Below, in pieces: positions 1 to 10,947 of a stretch of 64,000 nucleotides of DNA; within the stretch, counting starts at the first letter, position 1; every line of letters begins with the position of its first letter. Under the pieces are notes generated by a model. That model was not told the DNA's origin. It ran no database searches and worked only from the letters and a program-made list of their open reading frames with translations. The position numbers and the translations under genes are program-made. Source of the stretch: Macrostomum lignano (lineage: Eukaryota); contig NIVC01001489.1 of the NCBI GenBank assembly GCA_002269645.1, forward strand, positions 124,001 to 188,000, given 5' to 3'.

Positions 1-47
1 TAACAAAACTTTATCAGCCAATAATGTTTTTTTATTTCAACGTGCAG

Positions 48-3000
48 CGCTATGCAATGGAACAGTGGCAAGACCCTCGGTCTGGCTTGGATGAATGGCT
101 TGTGCGATAGGCTGTTCGCTGCAGCAATTGTGTCGGTAAGAGCCCACTGCTACTACTGGGATATGTTTTTGTAAACTGGCCGTAATTAATAATGAAGACA
201 CCGAACCACTGATAGGACAAGTACGCCGAGTCCATCAGCACAGCCTGGACGCTGACTCACGAGATCGGGCACAACCTGGGCTTCGACCATGTTGAAGACG
301 TGACCGGCTGTTCTTGCAGCAGGACCGGCGGCTGCATCATGAACGCATACCTGTCGTCAACTTACCGGTAAGAAATGCATCGCAATAATTTATTAACACA
401 TAATATAACACTTTAACTATTGGCTAAATTTCGCACTAATTTTACAGCCTGACCGTTCTCGACTGGTCAACCTGCGCCATTAACACGTGGAATTCACAGG
501 TGAATTCGACCTGGCGCAGCTGCTTAGCCGACGCTCCCGAAGCGTCCTACTATACCAGCCGGAGCCCAATGTGCGGCAACGGCATCCTGGAGACTGGCGA
601 GCAGTGCGACTGCGGCCCGGCCGAGGTGAGTCAGAAATAAACAAAACATCGCCAATGCACAACGAATAGCCAAGTGCTTGATGCGTCATGCGAAGGTTGA
701 AAGAGCCGGGCACCGCCCCCACAGACTCTCAGCACTATTCTTGGCTTGCTTTGCGCACAGTAAATGCATCGCACAATGGTAACTCGTCTGTGCTCAGAGC
801 TGAGTCTCAGGGGTTCTAGTGAAGGAGAGGCTATTGTGTGAGATATGCATGAGCTATTCAGCTTTGGCTCAGTACTACGCTCGTACATTTAGTAGTGCTA
901 ACAACTAACAATACGCACATTTTACGAGCTTCCATTATATTTGCCCCTATGAACACCTCAAATTTCGCGAGTAGCCATGAGTAAGCTTTAAAAAATAAAG
1001 AGCTCTACAAAAAGTGGAGTTTAATTACTCACAGGGCTTTGTCTCGTCGCAGTCCAAGTACGAAGGGTTTAGAAGAGTATTCTGCTAATACGGAATTGAC
1101 CGCCAAACTACCAAGACATGTCTATGTTGATTAATTATTGATGCACAAAACAGATTGAAGGGCACAGCGTTCTAGATAGCATTAGGATCAGAGAAAATTC
1201 TAATGCTCTAATACTGTGCTCTAATGCTCTAATTCTAATACTGTGACATTCAATCTTCCACTTGCTAACCATCGCAGACTTGCACATCGAGATGCTGCGA
1301 CGCCGCTACGTGTCGGCTGAAGGCTGGTGCCGCCTGCGCCTCAGGGTCGTGCTGCGACTGGAACACCTGCAGCCTGCGGTCCAGTGGGGACGTCTGTAGG
1401 GCAGCCAACGGGCCGTGCGACGTGCCGGAGACCTGCAGCGGTTCCAGCGAGTGGTGTCCAGCCGATGACAAAGTGGCCAATGGCGTCGATTGCGCTTCCG
1501 GTCAGGTGAGATTTTCGTCGCTGGATCGAAGCTTAAAAAATTCTTTTTTATTTTCGTTGAGCGTCTCGTTGAGCGTTTTTTATTTTAGTTGAGTGTCTCA
1601 ATGAAGTTGCTCAGATGTTAAAAACTACACCCAATTTCAGGCGTACTGCTACAATGGCCAGTGCAAAACAACGGACTCTCAGTGCCAGCTGCTGTACTCC
1701 GCCACTGCCACCACAGGGAGCACCACCTGCTACAACTTGAACCGGCGGGGCGACCTGTACGGACACTGCAGCCTGCAGCTGGACGGGGTCAGCTACGTCT
1801 CCGGCGCGGGCTTCGATCGGTCGTATTCCTTCGGCGCCTGCTCCTTAGCGTGAGTCCGACCCCCGCGAGACTAGTCAATGACTACTCAATGACGCGAGAA
1901 TAACGCCGGAATCAATTTCAGGACGAGCTATTTTAATCTAAAAAACATTCAATTGTCTCAGACAGGCTTTTTAGCTTTCTATCCCATTGTTTGATTGAAA
2001 TTTCCAATTCATTTTAAAACTCAAGTAGACGAAAGAATCATAAGTGGATGGGGCTTTTGTTTCTCACCGTCTCAAGTGCCCGAAAAATTTCGTTTTTGTG
2101 CCAAAATTAAACTGTTTAGCAGAGCTTTTGTATCTTTTAATAGAAAAAACTCAAAGGATTCTGGTCTATTCCCGTTAATTTACAGAAATTCTGAATGTGG
2201 CCTTCTGCAGTGCTACGACACGGCTGCCCACACCTTTGGGGGCAAGGTGTCTACAGGTGGCACCGTCTGCTACACGCCTTCGCGGATGGATTTCTCGTCG
2301 TCCGACCTGAGAAGTCCCGGGTTCGTTCCCGACGGAGCCAAGTGCGGATCCAATTCGGTAAGAGTCCGAGGGAATTCTTGAGTTCAGGGGGCTTCTTGAG
2401 TTCAGGGGGCTTCTTGAGTTCAGGGGACTTCTTGAGTTCAGGGGGCTTCTTGAGTTCAGGAGGCTTCTTGAGTTCAGGGGTCTTCTTGAGTTCAGGGGGC
2501 TTCTTGAGTTCAGGGGTCTTCTTGAGTTCAGGGGGCTTCTTGAGTTCAGGGACTTATTAAACTTTAGATTCATAAAGCATTCACAGCTAACTACTGTTAA
2601 TAAAATACCATTGTAATTTATTTGGTCATTTTTCAATAAGATACCTGGACAGATAAATCGATTTCCGATTTCATATGCCTGGATAATTAAACCAACAAGA
2701 TCCAGCTTGGGCATATAGATTGATATTCAATGCTTCCCTCGCGAGAATTATCACCATACCTTTAAGCCTCTCTATTCCCCATACTCTGGTTGCGGGTTTC
2801 GGGGTATTGCGATCTGCTTAAATTACGAGTAAAAGTATCTTTCCAAATTTGGATCGGTTTGCTGTTGCAACGCTAAGCAAATTTTCTTCTCTAGATGTGC
2901 ATCAACTCGCAGTGCACCTCGCTGAGCACAGTTCGCGCGTGTCCAACCTGTCCGAACTGCAACAGCAACGGTGTGCTCACCCGGGCCAAGCTCTGCTTCT

Positions 3001-4406
3001 GCAACGCCGGCTTCGCGCCACCAAACTGTGCAACCACCGGCTGCGGAGGCTCGTCGACATCGCCACTGGCCTGCTTTGGTGAGAGTGCACCTGTGGCCTC
3101 GAAGAGTTTTATTCTTTTGAATCTGTTTCGGTCATAGCAAGGTTAGAATTATTCACTCTCTGTGCCTGTGGGCGTTGGGTTGGTTCTGATGGGTGCGAAT
3201 CGCATGACAACCGGCCCTGGCCAATTTTCTTGGCACCCAAACCCCAAATGACTGCAGCCGCAGAGAATCAATGGTTCGCGACGCGAGAGTCAGATGCATT
3301 CATTGCTCAGCTCAAATTTTACAACTGTCCTGAAATATTGTCTAAGAGGTGAAATCACCCGCTGCTTTTACTCACGCAGACTCGAACAGAACCACAATCA
3401 GCCAGCCGACTACCTCGACGCTGCTGACGACCACGCCTTCAAACCAGAACGGCACAGTTGTGAACCCTGACACAATCTTCGGTCTGCAGATGTGGCAAAT
3501 CATTGCCATCCTGGTTGGCGCGGGCGTTTTGATCCTCCTAGTGATCATTTCCGTGAGTGCGCACTGCGCCATCCGCAACCAGCGCCTCCGTCGGGCTAAA
3601 AGAGCCGCTAGGCCGGCGCCGCCATCGCAGCATCCGCCACCCTCGAGGCAGCAGTCGCAGCATCCGCCACCCTCGAGGCAGCAGTTGCAGCATCCGCCAC
3701 CCTCGAGGCAGCAGTCGCGACCGCAACAGCCGCTGCCACAGCCGCCTCCAAGGCCAGATTTTCTCCGACCGTCGCCGCATCAAGCGCACAACCCTGCGTT
3801 TGTGCTTGACGATTTCACTGCAGTGAGCATGCGGATATTGTCTCATTTCGTTTGTTAGTTAGAGGGGCAGAGAGACAGAGGCGTGTACAGCGCCCCTGAC
3901 TGTCTCATGGCCAGGCATGCACACTCTTTGCCTTGGGAAGGACCAAGCAAATTTTCATCTTTACCAAATTGAGCGTGTAGCTCTGAAATTAAATACTTGA
4001 GTTAGTTACTGGAACGCTACCTACGGCAGTTGCTGCAGTATAACCGAAAATTGCATCTAAAGAAACTGGTTAACTGAAGAGCCACAATCCCCAGTCAGGC
4101 AGTTTTTAAACAATCAAGCCATGGCTACTACAAACAAAAACGCTAGGCCAGCCGAGGAGCTGAAAGCAAGCTTCCTGCAGATCCGTATAAGTAGAGAGGC
4201 GATGGCACACAGGTACACTGAAGCTCTGATTCATAATTCACGAAGATTTATTCCCTAATATCCAGCCTCCGCCACCGTACGAGTCAGCGCGGCCTCAGCC
4301 ATCAGCTCCGCCTCCGCCGCCCTCGTTCAGAACGGCCGCCCCGTCTATGTACACCCTGTCCTCGCCTCAGGCCTGGTCGGAGCGGCCGCCGCCAAGGTAT
4401 TTCTGA
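48..4406 (+). CDS. ADAM-type metalloprotease-disintegrin, copy A (5' part outside window): type I TM protein with Pro-rich cytoplasmic tail
   Basis: In-frame exons with AG/GT ends: 48-135, 216-367 (THEIGHNLGFDH at 258-290, GGCIMN Met-turn), 448-625 (CGNGILETGEQCDCG), 1278-1505 (disintegrin, [14 protein letters not shown]), 1641-1849 and 2186-2357 (Cys-rich, VPDGAKCG), 2895-3078 (EGF-like), 3380-3822 (S/T linker, TM WQIIAILVGAGVLILLVIISV, Pro-rich), 4266-4406 (PPPPYE...PPPRYF*). Confidence 0.9.
2375..2555. repeat. 18-bp minisatellite (TTCTTGAGTTCAGGGGGC, ~10 copies) in an intron of copy A
   Basis: Direct tandem periodicity of 18 nt. Confidence 0.9.
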
Positions 4407-5386
4407 ACAGCTCAAGCCGGTGGAACTCGATGACTCAATTGAATTTTTAATCTCATGCCTGCTTCTTTGTTGAACATTGAAATCGATTTTTTAATTCGAG
4501 CCTGATTCAACCTACCTGCTATAAATAATTCAAGTACGCTTCCTTAAAGCGATGCTCATCGGTATTTCGGTATCTTTCTATTTGTGATTCCATTCAAATC
4601 ATTTTTGCCTCTGTAAAATATGAAGGTATTTTTGGCTCTATTTTTTAAAATATTACACCTTATTTATTCCTGAATTGAAGATTTGAGCATATTTTCTGCA
4701 AATACTACTAAAGATACTATTTTAAAGATATTCACATCTTTGCACATGATTTGCAAAAATTCTTTACTAGCATACCGTTTCGACACATTGATAAGTACAA
4801 CTTCGAGTGTAATTTAAGCAGGAATGACTTACAGTAAGTTTATCTTCTCTGCCTTCTCTTTAAGTAGTTCTTGTCTAGAGCAAGAATGCACCCAGTGCCT
4901 TCAATGCATACAGTTATGGAGCTCAACTTTTACTTCAGATTCGACATTCCAAATACAATATTGGCTGCCTGGCATCTTCTTTAGCGCCAAGAGAAAAACA
5001 CAGTTTATTCCATTGTGTGTGTTTAATTTGCATCGAAATAAGCAAAACCCGGATGCAGAATTCGCGGCTGAGAGTAAATAACTAGTAGTATAGCAATCTG
5101 CCTATTTACTAGTCATATTGTCAATCTCTCCAGCAGAATGATGTTCAGAGCAAGAAGCATCCGCCCTGGAATTCTAGCCTAAGATATCAGATATCAGAGT
5201 TTGGGATTAAAGCATCTGAGCGACCCCCAATAAGCATTTCAGCAATACCCCTATGACCTTAACATTAAAACGATTCACCCTGAGCCACAGAATTTCAGCG
5301 ATTCCCCTGAAATTGAACGCGGGAATTTTTGTGCGAGCGAGAATCTATCTCTCTCTCTGTCTCTGTATACACTAAAGTTGACGTGT

Positions 5387-5422
<36 letters not shown>

Positions 5423-5652
5423 ATTTCGACAACTCCTCCTTGAATAGTGGCAACTCAGCGTTGAAACTTATATGGGAAGATAGGAAATTATCCGAGGTCA
5501 GCTATAGGCTATTTTAATTTTTAATTTTCACATTAAAATGTTTTTTTGCTAACTTTAACTGAGACTGATACTGACTGACTGTGAAATCGGTTGCGCAATG
5601 AATTGATTCAATATTTTCATCAGTGCCTTTTAACACGAAGCTGTGTGTAGTT

Positions 5653-5694
5653 CTAACCCTAACCCTAACCCTAACCCTAACCCTAACCCTAACC
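5653..5694. repeat. Interstitial (CCCTAA)n telomere-type repeat
   Basis: About 6-7 perfect TAACCC units. Confidence 0.85.
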
Positions 5695-5959
5695 AATGAA
5701 TCCGGAGAGTTGAGTTGTTTGACGGAAAAAATTCGATTGAGTCCAGTTTGGCGGAGACGATTTCGATGTTTTAATTTTGACGGAGAGGATTTCTGTTTCG
5801 CGGAGATAATTTATGATTGATTTCTGTTTTATGGAGACGATTTCTGTGATTTTTATGGATTTAAGTTTCAATGAGAGGATTTCGAAGGAGTCCAGTTGCA
5901 CGGACAGGATTTCTGCTTCGCGGTGAGGATCTTGATGGATTTGGCATCTTCAATCAGTC

Positions 5960-6925
5960 AGAGAAGAGAGTAAAGAGAAGAATGAAAAGAGAAGAGAAAT
6001 GAGATGATAGAAAACAGAGTAGAAATGAGTGGAGAGATTAGACATGACAGATGGGAGAGAAGAGGAGAGAGGAGATGAGAGGGGAGATATGAGATAGCAA
6101 AGGGAGACAAGAGAGATGATAGGAGAGAATAGATGAGGGATAAGAGCGTACAGAGGAAATAAAAGAGAGTGGAGAGTAGAGGAGAAAGAAAGAGTGAGAT
6201 GAGGCGATGAGGGATGAGAGAGGACGGGAGAGAGAAGAGAGAAGAGAGGAGAAAAGAGGGGAGAAAGGAGACAGGAGAGAGTACAGACGAAAGACTAGGG
6301 AGAAGATATAAATAAGGTAGTAGAGATGAGAGGAGAGAGAGGAGAGAGAAGCGAAAGGAGAAGAGAGTGAGGAGAGAGGAGAGAGATGAAAGATCAGAGA
6401 TGAGAGAGTTAAGAGAGGAAAGTAGTGAGGAGAGGAGAGATGAGAGATGCGATGAGAAGAGATGAGTGAGAACATAAGAGAGAAGAGATTAGAGATTAGA
6501 GAAGAGAGGGGAGAAGATGAAAGGAGCAAGGAGAGGAGAAAAGAGAGAATGGAGAGAATAGAAAAGAGAGAAGAGAAGATACAGGGGATAGTGGAAAGGA
6601 GGAAAGAAAGATGGGAGACAAGAAAGTAGTGTCAGAGCGTATATGAGATATGAGAAATGAGAGCAGAGAGAAGAGAAAAGAGAAGAGAGAGAGAGGGTTA
6701 AGAGAGACGATAGATAAGTGAGTAGAGATGACATATGAGAGAGGAGAGAAGAGGGAGAGATACGAGAGAAGAGAGAAGACAGGAGACAGGAGAAGGTACA
6801 GACGAAAGACGAGGGAGAAGAGATAAATAAGGGAGTAGGGGTAGAGAAGAGATGAGAGAGAGGAGAGAGAAGAGAGTCACGATAATAGCAAAGAGAGGAG
6901 AGAGGAGATATGAGAGATGTGAGAG
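5960..6925. repeat. Purine-rich (GA/GGA) low-complexity tract with internal duplication
   Basis: Almost all A/G on the + strand; ~6230-6330 recurs at ~6770-6830. Confidence 0.85.
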
Positions 6926-8172
6926 TCTTTGAGCTATGGTCTTTGAAAGATTTTGTAAAGAATTTGGAGACGATTTGGAAGATAGGGTTCAAGACATGGA
7001 ATTTCAGTTGATGGATATTTCAGGGAATGGAATTCCAGTGATGGGAGTTCTTCCCCTTTCTCCTCCGAAGGAGGAGTTCCACTCGTTGGAAAATAAGAAT
7101 CGTGGAGTCTCGACTGACTCCGCTGCTTTATATTTATATTGATAATTAAGCATGCCCGTTGAGTGTTTACACCTGGCAGATTGACTAAATGTTACGCAAT
7201 GATTTGAACTGAATACAATATTGTTGAAACATAAATACGGTACGACTGAAGTACTCAATACCCGTATTTAGTACTAACGCCACAACAGTTAACAAGGCGA
7301 TTCATTTATAAATGAACCCTAACCCTAACCCAATTCTCCACCACGACCTTTGAGTCATAGCGCTTTAGAAAAATCGGTTGAGGCGTTTTTTCTGAAATCA
7401 ATCACATAAATCGATTCAAAAGCTTAGACGAAGCTGGAAAAATGAAACAAGCAATTGTCTGTCAGTTGTAGAATAAAAATAAAAAAGAAAGCAGAAAAAA
7501 CGAAAATGGAGGCCGATTTATTGGTGTTTAGAATAATGCCATGCATATTTTCGGGAAGTGGGTGGACTCTAATATGAAATTTCTTATAATAGCGAACAAT
7601 TATAATATAGGAAGGTGAAGGCGGGTAAAAGAGGGCCGTGTGACAAGCCGAAAGTATTTTGTGCCTTACAGGTTTGGTGACTAAAATGTGTCCATTACTC
7701 TGCCGTGGCTTGCCAATGTACGTGGCGCGGGGTAATGGACAATAGCACGCATCCCGCGTGCGTGTTAATGCACCTAACGGCCCGCCGCTAGCGGAGCCCA
7801 TCCCACGCTAAAAATAGCCCGTTAGCGGGACCCAGGCACCCAGCCTACGTTGGGATGGGCTCCCTTAGCGGGGGTTAGCCCACGAGCGGAGAGGGAGAGG
7901 TGGGGTGGGTGTGGGGTGAGTGTGGAACGCTAGTGCGCACTAGCGTACTAGCACTGTACTAGCAATGAAGCTAGCTGAAAACACTGCACATCCGTGACTC
8001 ATTTCTCGTAAATTAATGTATGCTGGATGAAGACGGCTCTTTGTCTTTCCTAACTCTCCAAAATTAAAAAAACTCCCAAAACGCAGTTCGTTTTAAGCTG
8101 CAAGGAATTGTATTCTTTAAATACTGACGCGTTTCATTCAACGTATATTTCTACTTTTTAATACATATCATT

Positions 8173-8358
8173 CAGTAGCGCAACCAGAAATTTTTCAAGG
8201 GGGGCGGATTCTGAGGGTAAAGTCCCGGGAGGGGGGCGGCGGAGGGGTGGCTCTGTTTTTGGCGAAAATTCGCTTGGTCCCCCCCTTTGATTTTTTTCGG
8301 TCCCCCGCCTAAGGGGGGGGGGGCGGCCGCCCCCCGCCCCTCCCTGGTTGCGCCACTG
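8173..8358. mobile_element. hAT-type MITE
   Basis: TIR CAGTAGCGCAACCAG / CTGGTTGCGCCACTG, flanked by a perfect 8-bp TSD ATATCATT (8165-8172 and 8359-8366). Confidence 0.8.
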
Positions 8359-9719
8359 ATATCATTTATTAAACTATTTGATTCAGTTGAATCTTTAAAA
8401 TCTTGAGATTTTTTATTCTTAATACGCTCGTAAGGCTTTCGTTAGGCAGAAAAAGAAATTTTGAATTTCCGCGCGAAGTTAAAACAAATTAGGAATTTAA
8501 ACAAAATTTAAATTCACGTGGATATTCAAAATCTCACGTTCGTTAAATTCTGGCAATCTGGCGTCCCCTTTGGCACTTCATTGGCCCTGAAATACTTGAA
8601 TTGTGGTTGCTGTATGATCTTATTTCCTTTTCTAGTTTAGGAAGCCAAATAAAGAGTAGAGTAGTCAAATAAATTGATCTTATGCTGGAGTACAATGAGA
8701 TACTGAATGTTAGCATTTTAAGCAAAGCGATAATATTGTTTGAAATTCTGTTTACACAGAGCAAACTGATCTTTCGGACCCGCTCGTATTTAAGATAAAA
8801 CTTTGAAAATGAAGCAAAAATGGTAGAAAAGAAACAATTAAAAAGGGATAATAATTACCCAGTGTTGGGCACGATACTCAGAAAAAGTATCGGTTAAAAG
8901 CGATACTCTGATACCCTTTCTGAAAAAAAGTATCGCCCTTCGATACATATCGGCTGTTTTGTGATTTTAATTTACAGTTGCCCAAGTTGCACTAAAGTCG
9001 CAATCCGCCGCAATCAACCCGCAGGTGACAGAATCCGCTGCCAGCAGACCTCATGGCTGGCTAGCCGTGGTTTGGCTACTCGGGACGCAGTTCACCTCCC
9101 CGACTGAACGAGGCCATCGCTGATTTTGTCCGCTATGGTGGCGTTCCGCGACGATGGCCGGCCGGCGGCCACGTTCTGATGCTTGGCGGCGCCGCCTAGT
9201 GAGTTATTGCATCCTACCACAACAGATGAGCACATTCCATCCATAATTGACTCGTCTAAAGCAAATACCCCCAGTTGGAATCCATAAATCCTTATCTGAT
9301 TACAACTGTAGCGTAAATTCTGAGGTATAAAAGTTCAGTAAAAACAGAAATACTGAAGTAACTGACTAAAAATGACACTTTTAAAATCTTTCGCAACAGC
9401 TGTAGCCAGGGGCGTGGATTTAGGGGTCCGGTGGGAGCGCCACTCCTCCCAGCGCTCCCTAGGAACTTTTATTACCTGGATACCTAGGTACTTCTTCCTA
9501 GGTGCTAGAATTTACCTTGGCTAGTAATCGACATACTGTGATTTACGTTGCTAAAATTCTACAGTTTTTGACGCAAGCAACGCTGGGCCGTTAAATCATT
9601 GATGAAACAAGTTACAACCCTAGAAACTGTAAATTGATATCACAAAACAGCCGACATGTGATATACATCTGCGCTGATCCCTGAATCCATGCCTAAAAGC
9701 ACAAAACAGCACCGGAATG

Positions 9720-10095
9720 CTAAAACCAGCGCTGGAAAGCTTAAATTGGCGCAGGAAAGCTCGAATTGGCGCCGGAAGTCAAATTTAGCGCCAGGATTAC
9801 CAAATCGGCGCCAGGATCGCCGAATCAGCGCCCGAATGCTGAAACTAGCGCCAAAATGCCTAAACCAGCGCTGGAAAGCTCAAATCGGCGCTGGAAAGCT
9901 TAAATTGGCGCGGGAAAGCTCGAATTGGCTCCGGAAGTCAAATTTAGCGCCAGGATCACCAAATCGGCGCCAGGATCCCCAAATCAGCGTTGGAATGTGC
10001 CAACGGGTGTAGAAGTGGTAGCATATATCAGCTTGCTACTTCTTGGCGCCAATTTTAATATACCGGCGCTAATTTCAGCCTTTGGGCGCCCATTT
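9720..10095. repeat. Degenerate ~20-bp GGCGCC-containing tandem array with a higher-order duplication
   Basis: AAATYRGCGCYRG units recur; the block near 9740-9815 is repeated near 9900-9975. Confidence 0.65.
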
Positions 10096-10866
10096 TAGCG
10101 CCCTGGCAAGGTCAATGCAATTTAGTGCTTACGCAATGGAGCCGAAAAAAAGTTTTTTTCTTTTTTGAATTAGTGCCATGTATCTTGACAACCAATGCAA
10201 GTCAAGTTCTGGCGTCTGTTTCTTAACAGCCCCGCAATGGCATATCCTAACCATTGTGGGCTGGCCCGCGCTAAGGGAGCCCACCATAGGGCGGATCCCG
10301 CTAACGGTCTATTTTTAGCGTGGGATGGGCTCCGCTAACGGGCGGCCATAAACTGGTTAATGGGTAGCGAAATGCTTGTCAAGGGGGTTTAAACTGTGAG
10401 GGGAGAGGCTGCCTGCCTCTTTGCTCGCCAAACGCCGCCCTCCTTGCCTGGCTATCCTCATGGTTTAAAGGAGACAAAGAGGCGGCAGGGCAGCCCGGGT
10501 GCGCAAAAACCACTCAGAAGGTTGGGGTAGGGGCGGCTCAAGCACCCATGCACGCACGCACCATGTCGGTTGCTCATCTGGCCTCACAATAAGGCCAGGT
10601 TCAAACCTGCGCCTCTCGTGCCAATTGTTTCCGACTTCGTTTAATCGCTTTGTCAAAGGCTGAATTTGTCTTGATACGATATGAGAGCTGTAGCAGCAGC
10701 GGTAGCAGCACTTAGCAAACAGAAATGTTTAGTCTTAACGAGACGAAAAGCCTTCGGGCGTCTTAGGACTCATTCAAGTACTGTCAGTCCGTAGCCTCAT
10801 CATGAGCAATGAATGCTACGTTAAAGACTATTCTGAAGCACTCAAATCTCACATAAGCTAGAGGGC

Positions 10867-10873
10867 TATAAAA
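10867..10873 (+). promoter_or_regulatory. TATA box of ADAM copy B
   Basis: GAGGGCTATAAAAG lies 81 nt upstream of the ATG; the same context and spacing occur in copy C. Confidence 0.6.
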
Positions 10874-10947
10874 GGCTGTCCCCCACACGACCAGTTGAGA
10901 GATTTGAATACTGGAACAGTTGCACTGAATATTTCGATGCAGTTTGC

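Larger units (their letters stand above)
7778..10348. mobile_element. Probable non-autonomous DNA element delimited by ~100-bp inverted repeats
   Basis: 7778-7881 (GCGGAGCCCATCCCACGCTAAAAATAG...) is the imperfect reverse complement of 10256-10348. No transposase ORF lies between them and the true termini were not resolved. Confidence 0.5.

Noticed and set aside
6038-6992. Ser/Leu-rich membrane-protein ORFs
   Set aside because: Products of the pyrimidine strand of a low-complexity GA tract.
9689-10012. 107-aa basic protein ORF
   Set aside because: Arises from a degenerate ~20-bp tandem array inside a probable non-autonomous element; no domain recognised.
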